Shown: positions 57,436 to 64,000 of the stretch, piece after piece
Numbering within the stretch: position 1 is the stretch's first letter
Layout of the letters: every line of letters begins with the position of its first letter
Assembly (NCBI GenBank): GCA_050292425.1
Contig: JBNKLP010000001.1
Location: 40,075-104,074 of the forward strand
Source: Candidatus Nanoarchaeia archaeon
Lineage (GTDB): Archaea > Nanobdellota > Nanobdellia > Woesearchaeales > UBA583
Direction: 5' to 3'
Length of the DNA stretch: 64,000 nucleotides
Notes under the pieces: generated by a model
Told to the model about the DNA's origin: nothing
The model's input: only the letters and a program-made list of their open reading frames with translations
Databases searched by the model: none
Position numbers and translations under genes: made by a program

Positions 57436-58185
57436 ATGAAAACATTGAAGATTTATTTAATATTTATTTTATTCCTACTAATTCCAGTTTCATATGCTCA
57501 AAACTATGCAGACATAACAATAGAAGTATTTGAAAATGGTGCAATAACAATAGAGGGAACAACTAACTACCCTCAACTTCAAAACATAACATCCTCACAA
57601 GAATTCACAACAAAAAAGGGCAAATTCTGGATACTTAATATAACAACAAAAGAAAACTTGGACACATTTTTATTTGAACTAATACTTCCTGAAGGTTCAA
57701 CAACAAACTATATAAAAACAACTCCCACATTTAGAATAGAAAACAAAGATAATAAAATCCACTTAATTGGAACAGGAGAAAACAAACCTCTTACTCTAAT
57801 TGTTCAATATCAAGTAAAACCCCAAATAACTACAACTGCGCAAAATAATTTAACAAATTTTCTTTGGTTGTTTTTAATAGTTGTAATTTTAATACTTGCA
57901 ATCACAGCTGGAATTAAGTTTTCAAAAACAAATCAAAAAGAAATAAACAATAAAGAAGAAACTTCTGAATCAAAAATCGATCTCTCAATATTGCCCCAAA
58001 GACAACAAGACATAATAAATATACTCAAAGAAAAAGGAAAAATAACTCAAAAACAACTTGAAAATCTAATGCAAATTCCAAAATCTTCAGTTTCAAGAAA
58101 TGTTAAAACTCTGGAAATAAAACATATAATTGAAAAACAGCAAATAGGAAACACAAACTACCTATCATTAAAAGAAAATAATTAA
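57436..58185 (+). CDS. Membrane-tethered winged-helix (MarR/TrmB-like) regulator; start moved to MKTLKIY
   Basis: Signal peptide KIYLIFILFLLIPVSYA. A ~130-aa extracytoplasmic domain. TM FLWLFLIVVILILAITAGIKF. C-terminal wHTH QQDIINILKEKGKITQKQLENLMQIPKSSVSRNVKTLEIKHIIEK. Confidence 0.5.
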   Translation: MKTLKIYLIFILFLLIPVSYAQNYADITIEVFENGAITIEGTTNYPQLQNITSSQEFTTKKGKFWILNITTKENLDTFLFELILPEGSTTNYIKTTPTFRIENKDNKIHLIGTGENKPLTLIVQYQVKPQITTTAQNNLTNFLWLFLIVVILILAITAGIKFSKTNQKEINNKEETSESKIDLSILPQRQQDIINILKEKGKITQKQLENLMQIPKSSVSRNVKTLEIKHIIEKQQIGNTNYLSLKENN

Positions 58186-58298
58186 TTTTATTGTTTAGAA
58201 GTAAAAACACATTTCAATAAACTGTTCCGCTTTTGTTCCGCAAAAACAACAAATATTTATATACTGTTCCAACCAAAACAGACATACTAAAAAGAAAA

Positions 58299-59408
58299 AT
58301 GTTAAAAAAAATATCTACAATATTAATGTTTTTAATGATGGCAATCACAATGCCAGCATTAATATATGCAGAAAACGAAACAACTGATGATTCGGTTTCT
58401 GAAACTGAGGCCAGAATATTATCTGATGAGACTGGTGCTCAAGTAAGACTTCTTCAACTACAGGAAAGAATTAACCTTCAGATAGAAAACGCTAACACAA
58501 TTATTCAAAGAATTGAAGATGAAAACATCACTGATGTAGACACTCAAATACTTGAAGAAATTGTAGTTGAACTAAAAGCAATATCTGTTGACATAGACTC
58601 AATTGATTTTAACAAAACTGCAGAAGAACTAGCTTCAGAATTTGTAGCACTAAAAGTTCAGGCAATTGATTTGTCCAAGGAATTCAAAGACATTGTTAGA
58701 GGAATATTTAATGATGATGTCAAAGAACAGCTAAAAGAGAGAATTGAAGAAAACAAAAGACTAAGAATTGAAATTAAAAACGAAAGAATTGAAAAACTAA
58801 GGCTTGAATACAATTCAAAAAAAGTTGATGAAATTGCAAAAAACCTTGGAATTGAAGTTCAGCAAATTAGAAACAGACTAGAATCAGGAGATGCAGACAT
58901 TTCCCAAATAAGAGAAGAAATTCTCTCAAGATACAGGAATCTATCTAATGAAGATAGAAAAGATGCAGTTCAGAAACTAAGAGAAGAAAATGCAAAAAAA
59001 AGAGTTATGATTGAAAAATTAAGAGAGGATATATCTCAGAATCAGGAAAAAATAAGAGAAGAAATAAAATTGAGAATTAACAACACAAGACTTGAAATCA
59101 AAGAAGGAAGAATCAGATACTCTGATGACAACATAAGATTTGAAGCAAAAGAAGGAGAAGTAAGAGTTCGTGCAACTCAAGATAGCACTCCAGCAAGAAT
59201 TGGAGATATGCAATTCACAAAAATCAAAGTTGATGTGAGAGTTGGCAGAGAAACTCAGGTTGAAATTGAAAACCAAGAACAAATTGTAAGAGAATTTAAA
59301 ATCCAAGCTAAAGATCCAGAAGAAGCAGTTGCTCAAATTGCAGAAGAATTAAATACAACTCCTGACAAGATAATGCCATATTTGGATGTAAGATATAGGG
59401 AGGACTAA
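58299..59408 (+). CDS. Secreted coiled-coil protein; start moved to MLKKIST
   Basis: Signal peptide ISTILMFLMMAITMPALIYA. The rest is heptad-rich E/K/R sequence. The track start at 58233 is a TTG codon. Confidence 0.5.
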   Translation: MLKKISTILMFLMMAITMPALIYAENETTDDSVSETEARILSDETGAQVRLLQLQERINLQIENANTIIQRIEDENITDVDTQILEEIVVELKAISVDIDSIDFNKTAEELASEFVALKVQAIDLSKEFKDIVRGIFNDDVKEQLKERIEENKRLRIEIKNERIEKLRLEYNSKKVDEIAKNLGIEVQQIRNRLESGDADISQIREEILSRYRNLSNEDRKDAVQKLREENAKKRVMIEKLREDISQNQEKIREEIKLRINNTRLEIKEGRIRYSDDNIRFEAKEGEVRVRATQDSTPARIGDMQFTKIKVDVRVGRETQVEIENQEQIVREFKIQAKDPEEAVAQIAEELNTTPDKIMPYLDVRYRED

Positions 59409-59412
59409 AAAG

Positions 59413-59637
59413 ATGGAAATAAAGAACAAATTAAAATCTATAATTGCAATTGCAACATTATTCATCCTTCTTGCAGGATGTTCATCCAATATTCAAGATG
59501 ATAACACAAAACCAGTAATAGAAAACGATCAAACTAATCAGGACACTACTCCTGCATCTGATGAAACAGACATTCAAAACTCAATTGACAACTCATTAAT
59601 TGATGAAAACGATGTTGAGATAGGAGAATTAATCTAA
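59413..59637 (+). CDS. Small acidic lipoprotein-like secreted protein
   Basis: Signal with lipobox-like LLAGC, then a D/E/N/Q-rich sequence. It starts 5 nt after the previous gene. Confidence 0.4.
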   Translation: MEIKNKLKSIIAIATLFILLAGCSSNIQDDNTKPVIENDQTNQDTTPASDETDIQNSIDNSLIDENDVEIGELI

Positions 59638-59666
59638 AGTTTTCCCTTTTTCAAAATTTATTTTTT

Positions 59667-60563
59667 CTAAATAACAATAAAAATAACACCAACTAGCATA
59701 CCAATAGTTGTAATAAATTTCTGCTTCAAATGTTTTTCATGAAACAAAATTCCCCCGAAAATAGAAGACATCAATGTAGAAGTTCTTCTAAGAGGAATAA
59801 TCAAGGAAACAAGTGCAGAAGGAATTGCAATTGCCACCAAAACCAAATACAATGAAATAACTGTAAAAACAGAAATGACCAACGTTTCAGGTTCTCTCTT
59901 TATATCTTTAAGTGCATTTAAAAAATATCCTTCTCTAATATAATAAATGGAAAGAACAAACAAAATAATTACAGCATTAAAAAAAAGATTGGTATATACA
60001 TTAACTTCCTTTAAAATCAACTTGTCAAAAACAGCAGCAAGACTAATCGTTACTAATGTCAAAATTGCCAAAATAAAAAAAGAAGATTTTGCTTTTTTCA
60101 AAACATTCAATTGAAACTTATGAGGTTTGTCTTTTTTATGATGATGAACAATAACTTCCAAATAATAAGTTGATGCCAAGATAAGAATTATTCCTCCAAA
60201 TTGTATTAAACTGATTTTCTCAGAAAGAAAAACCACTGCAAAAAAAAGCAAAACCAAAGGGCTTAAATTTAGAAGAGGACTAACATGTGAAATATCATAC
60301 CTCTTAAGCATCTCCAGATAAAAAACTGTAGCACAGGCTGCAACCAAAGACTTTGCCAAATAAAGAATCCAAAGTTCTTTATAAGAACTAAAATCAATAT
60401 TTGGATAAAGCAAAGTCAAACTTATTACCAAAATTAAGAAATACTGTTCAAAAAGAATCTGCAAAGGTTTGACATTTTTTTTATTAAACATCCTTTTGGC
60501 AAGAATATCCTTGATTGCAAAAAAAACCGCAGAACTCAAAGCTATCAATGCCCACATTGCCAT
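59667..60563 (-). CDS. EamA/DMT-family transporter (10 TM)
   Basis: Two EamA-like halves. Hydrophobic throughout. Confidence 0.7.
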   Translation of the reverse strand: MAMWALIALSSAVFFAIKDILAKRMFNKKNVKPLQILFEQYFLILVISLTLLYPNIDFSSYKELWILYLAKSLVAACATVFYLEMLKRYDISHVSPLLNLSPLVLLFFAVVFLSEKISLIQFGGIILILASTYYLEVIVHHHKKDKPHKFQLNVLKKAKSSFFILAILTLVTISLAAVFDKLILKEVNVYTNLFFNAVIILFVLSIYYIREGYFLNALKDIKREPETLVISVFTVISLYLVLVAIAIPSALVSLIIPLRRTSTLMSSIFGGILFHEKHLKQKFITTIGMLVGVIFIVI

Positions 60564-60619
60564 TATAAATTAAACTCTTAGACAATAGCTTTTTAAATAT
60601 TTATACCAACTATTAAATT

Positions 60620-61540
60620 ATGAGCAAACAACTTCTTCAAAGATATGATAATTTTTTTGGCACCCGAACATCACAAAAATTACTTGAAGCCAAAAGAAAA
60701 TATTCTAACAATCAATTCATAAGAGTAAACAAGTCTAAAACTTCAAACAAACTAATAGAAGAATTTCTTAAAAAAAACAGAGTGAAATTCACTAAAACAT
60801 ATCTGCCTAATTCATTCAAAATAGAAAAAACTTTCTTCAACCTCTCCTCTGCTCCTCAATGTATATTAGGAGAATTTTATTTGCAAGACTTGGCATCACA
60901 GATTCCAGTAAACTGCATTGATTTTTCTTCACTTCCAAAAAAGGTTAAAGTTTTAGACATAGCAGCATCTCCAGGTTCAAAAACAACTCAAATTGCAGAC
61001 ATACTAAAATCAAAAGAAATCGCATATGACATTATTGCACTTGAACCAGAAACAAAAAGACTAACCAAACTAATAAACAACATCCAAAAGCAAAGCTTTG
61101 AAAATATTAATATAATTAATTCAACAGGACAAGATTTCAAAACATCAACTAAATTTGACATAATACTTCTTGATGCTCCATGTTCTGGAAACTTAGTTGG
61201 AGACAGAGACTGGCTAAATAAAAGAGACTTGAAAGGAATACAAAATAATGCAAACTTGCAAAAACAACTTCTCAAAAATGCAGCATCTCTTCTTGTACCA
61301 AACGGAATTCTGATTTATTCCACTTGTTCACTTGAAATTGAAGAAAATGAAGAAAATGCTCTTTGGGCTCAGCAGAATTTAGGTTTGAAAAGTTTTCTTC
61401 CAACACTCAAATTTCCTTTTGAGACTGACTCATTCAAATTGACTAAGAATAAAAAATATCTCAAATTAAAATCAATAAGAATAATGCCATATTTGAGTCA
61501 GACTCAGGGATTTTTTGTATGTTGTTTCAAGAGAAATTAG
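60620..61540 (+). CDS. NOP2/Sun (RsmB/Fmu)-family RNA cytosine-C5 methyltransferase
   Basis: SAM-binding motif VLDIAASPGSKT. DAPCSG (motif IV) and YSTCS (motif VI) catalytic cysteines. Confidence 0.8.
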   Translation: MSKQLLQRYDNFFGTRTSQKLLEAKRKYSNNQFIRVNKSKTSNKLIEEFLKKNRVKFTKTYLPNSFKIEKTFFNLSSAPQCILGEFYLQDLASQIPVNCIDFSSLPKKVKVLDIAASPGSKTTQIADILKSKEIAYDIIALEPETKRLTKLINNIQKQSFENINIINSTGQDFKTSTKFDIILLDAPCSGNLVGDRDWLNKRDLKGIQNNANLQKQLLKNAASLLVPNGILIYSTCSLEIEENEENALWAQQNLGLKSFLPTLKFPFETDSFKLTKNKKYLKLKSIRIMPYLSQTQGFFVCCFKRN

Positions 61541-62124
61541 AAATCAAATTGCATTCTAAGTAGCAAATTCCCTTTTTGTGAAAGCCAATAATCAAATTCA
61601 TCCACAAAATATCTCATTATTTGAACTCCTGTACCACCTCTTTCATCAGGTTTAGATAATTCTGTATATTGGTAAAAATTTTTATCAATTTTTCCTTTTT
61701 GATTTTCTAACCATTGCAAATAATTCACAAACTGAGGTAAAACAATTCCCTTTCCGCTATCTTCCACAGTTACATGAATAGAGTTGTCTATTAGACCATA
61801 ACTAACTTCAATATTCTTAGAAGAATCATATTTATTTCCATGAATATATGCATTTAAAACAATTTCTGCTACTGCACTAAATTCTCTATCAAGATTTACC
61901 TCTTCAAATAAACTAATTACTGGAGATAATTTACTCTCTAACTCTTCTTTTCTGGAATCTAAATCTTCTCCTGAACTTAAACTAAAAACTAAAGATTCTA
62001 ATTGATATTGAGGTTCAAATTTTTGCACCCCTGAAACAGCATTCAAATCTAGATATTCAAAACTATTAAAAAATTGTCTAATAAATGAAGAATTAGTATT
62101 TAAATCAATTAAATGTCCTTTCAT
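61537..62124 (-). CDS. GHKL-ATPase domain protein of RsbW/SpoIIAB anti-sigma-factor serine-kinase type, with extra ~85-aa N-terminal region
   Basis: N box EIVLNAYIHGN. G1 VEDSGKGI. G2 GGTGVQIM. Confidence 0.6.
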   Translation of the reverse strand: MKGHLIDLNTNSSFIRQFFNSFEYLDLNAVSGVQKFEPQYQLESLVFSLSSGEDLDSRKEELESKLSPVISLFEEVNLDREFSAVAEIVLNAYIHGNKYDSSKNIEVSYGLIDNSIHVTVEDSGKGIVLPQFVNYLQWLENQKGKIDKNFYQYTELSKPDERGGTGVQIMRYFVDEFDYWLSQKGNLLLRMQFDF

Positions 62125-62191
62125 AACCTTAACATGTAAGTATTTATTTATAAATATAACTTTTGTTACTCCTTCAAGTTACAACTAAATA

Positions 62192-62563
62192 TTAATTGTC
62201 TAAATTCAAAACAATATGTTTAAAAATTTCTTCATTTGATAATCCAGAATTAATTAACCTTGCAAGTAAATCTACATAATCTTGTTTTACACCTTTAGCA
62301 CAATTGCCGGTAATTGAACCGTCTGCGGACTTCAATGTAACTGGATTTTCAACTCTTACACAAAGTAATTTAGAAAAATCTTTTTTATCAGAAGGTTTTA
62401 CTGCATAAATTATTCCTTTAACCTTAAAAAATGTAAACTCTGGACCTCCAACTGAAACTGTTTTTAGATATGGTTCAACCCCATCATTTAATTTTTTAAG
62501 TCTATGACAAGGAATAAAATTCAAACTCCCATAATTTTCTACTTCTATTTTTTTTCCAAACAT
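62192..62563 (-). CDS. Hypothetical protein (123 aa)
   Basis: ORF only. It lies between the GHKL gene and the ABC-2 permease on the same strand. Confidence 0.4.
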   Translation of the reverse strand: MFGKKIEVENYGSLNFIPCHRLKKLNDGVEPYLKTVSVGGPEFTFFKVKGIIYAVKPSDKKDFSKLLCVRVENPVTLKSADGSITGNCAKGVKQDYVDLLARLINSGLSNEEIFKHIVLNLDN

Positions 62564-62600
62564 ATTAATCTCTCAAGAAAATAGTTTATAAACTTTATTA

Positions 62601-63374
62601 CTAACTCCTAATCCCCTTTCCTTTTCTAAGTAAATACCAACTAAGACCAAACAAAACAACAACAAAAAGCCCAATCATTGAAAAACTAATCCACAAACTA
62701 ACATCACTAATACCCAAAAAACCATACCTGAAAGCATTCACCATATACAAAATAGGATTTGCATAAGAGATGTACTGCCAAAAAGCAGGCAAAGCTGAAA
62801 CTGAATAAAACACTCCTCCAAGATAAGTAAGTGGAGTCAAAACAAAAGTAGGCACAATACTCACATCATCAAACCCTTTGGCATAAATTCCATTCACAAG
62901 CCCTGCAAGTGAGAACAAAATAGCTGTCAATGTAACAACTCCAAAAATCACAAAAATATCAAAAATATTCAAAGCAGTAAAAAACATCGAAACCAAAGTA
63001 ACCAAAACAGCAATAATCAAACCCCTAAGAACTCCTCCTAAAACAAATCCCCAAATAATTACAAACTCGGAGACTGGACTCACCATCATCTCCTCAATAT
63101 TCTTAAACATCTTTGATTGAAAAAAAGATGAAACTACATTCGAATATGCATTTGTAATAACCGCCATCATAATAAGTCCTGGAACAATGAACTCCATATA
63201 ACTAAACCCATCAATATTTGAAATCTGTGAACCTATCAAAGCACCAAAAATAATAAAATAAAGTGTCATTGTAATCACTGGTGGCAAAAGTGTCTGAACC
63301 CAAATCCTCATAAACCTCAAACATTCCTTAATAACAATAGTCTTGAATGCAACATACTGACTTCTAATACTCAT
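62601..63374 (-). CDS. ABC-2 type transporter permease (6 TM)
   Basis: Hydrophobic profile typical of ABC-2. Its start overlaps the ATPase gene by 4 nt. Confidence 0.75.
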   Translation of the reverse strand: MSIRSQYVAFKTIVIKECLRFMRIWVQTLLPPVITMTLYFIIFGALIGSQISNIDGFSYMEFIVPGLIMMAVITNAYSNVVSSFFQSKMFKNIEEMMVSPVSEFVIIWGFVLGGVLRGLIIAVLVTLVSMFFTALNIFDIFVIFGVVTLTAILFSLAGLVNGIYAKGFDDVSIVPTFVLTPLTYLGGVFYSVSALPAFWQYISYANPILYMVNAFRYGFLGISDVSLWISFSMIGLFVVVLFGLSWYLLRKGKGIRS

Positions 63375-64000
63375 TTATCTCTTCCCCCGTTAGTAAGCTC
63401 AACAAAAAGCTCCTCAAGCCTGTTCGATTTATTTCTCATACTCAAAACATCAATCCCTTTCTTCTTAAGCTCATCAAAAACCGCATTTATAGAATCCTTC
63501 TTTGCAACAACAACCTCCAAAGTTGTCTCATCAATAACTTCAAAATGGAAATCACCAGCATTAAAACTCTTCTTTACTGGATTCTTCACATCCAAAACCA
63601 AAGTCTCCTTATCAAGCTTTGATAAAAGATTCTTCATAGTTGTATTCTCAATAATCTCACCCTTGTTTATAATTGCAATATTCTTACAAAGACTCTCTGC
63701 CTCCTCAAGATAATGTGTCGTCAATATAATAGTAGTTCCTTTCTTGTTCAGATCCTTCATAAACTTCCACATTGTTCGTCTGATTTCAATATCAACTCCT
63801 GCTGTAGGCTCATCCAGAATAAGCAACTTAGGTTCATGCACTAAAGCCCTTGCAATCATAAGTCTTCTCTTCATTCCTCCAGAAAGCATTCTTGCCTGGA
63901 CCTTTCTTTTATCCCACAAATCTAATTTCTTCAATAACTTTTCTGTCCTTCTAAAAGCCTCTGCTCTCTCAATTCCATAATACCCAGCTTGATTCACAAC
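63371..64000 (-). CDS. ABC transporter ATP-binding protein; partial, N-terminus including Walker A lies beyond the window end
   Basis: ABC signature LSGGMKRRLMIARAL. Walker B LLILDEPTAGVD. H-loop. The ORF is open to the window edge. Confidence 0.8.
   Translation of the reverse strand, partial: VVNQAGYYGIERAEAFRRTEKLLKKLDLWDKRKVQARMLSGGMKRRLMIARALVHEPKLLILDEPTAGVDIEIRRTMWKFMKDLNKKGTTIILTTHYLEEAESLCKNIAIINKGEIIENTTMKNLLSKLDKETLVLDVKNPVKKSFNAGDFHFEVIDETTLEVVVAKKDSINAVFDELKKKGIDVLSMRNKSNRLEELFVELTNGGRDK

Noticed and set aside
1-64000. Mobile elements, integrases, transposases, rRNA genes
   Set aside because: None of the ORFs shows DDE, tyrosine- or serine-recombinase, or IS-like motifs. No terminal inverted repeats flanking a cargo region were seen. 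No rRNA-like GC-rich stretches are present.

Overview
This is an AT-rich (about 30% GC) archaeal chromosomal segment. The gene content suggests a DPANN-type archaeon (Nano-/Woese-/Pacearchaeota-like): archaeal/eukaryote-type r-proteins L44e, L19e, L32e, S4e, L15e and S8e, plus ABCE1, the PolD small subunit, RNase HII, Rpp29 and SUI1. The window contains two tRNA genes, tRNA-Gly(GCC) and an intron-containing tRNA-Ile(UAU) with a canonical bulge-helix-bulge (BHB) motif. It carries a 12.8-kb minus-strand ribosomal-protein cluster from rpl3 to rpl30 (15036-27861), which has a cation:proton antiporter gene inserted in it and lacks rpl15/secY after rpl30. Housekeeping genes include ABCE1, GrpE, thioredoxin, a RIO kinase, a NOP2/Sun methyltransferase, a DUF59 Fe-S assembly protein and an ABC-2 exporter. 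Large, N-glycosylation-sequon-rich surface protein genes take up roughly 22 kb; one is a 2655-aa giant with internal tandem repeats, a MAM-like domain and a YYGN module, and a partial S-layer-like gene lies at the window start. No rRNA, CRISPR array, integrase or transposase was recognised. The most unusual features are a small-ORF / KNTase-like nucleotidyltransferase / membrane-anchored ATPase-less Lon (S16) peptidase gene trio, a GC-rich palindrome-dense island in a divergent promoter region, a 23-bp perfect palindrome abutting the start codon of a 1224-aa surface protein, a DUF2892 membrane protein with a histone-H1-like polylysine tail, two HIT-fold proteins with degenerate histidine triads, and a membrane-tethered winged-helix regulator.
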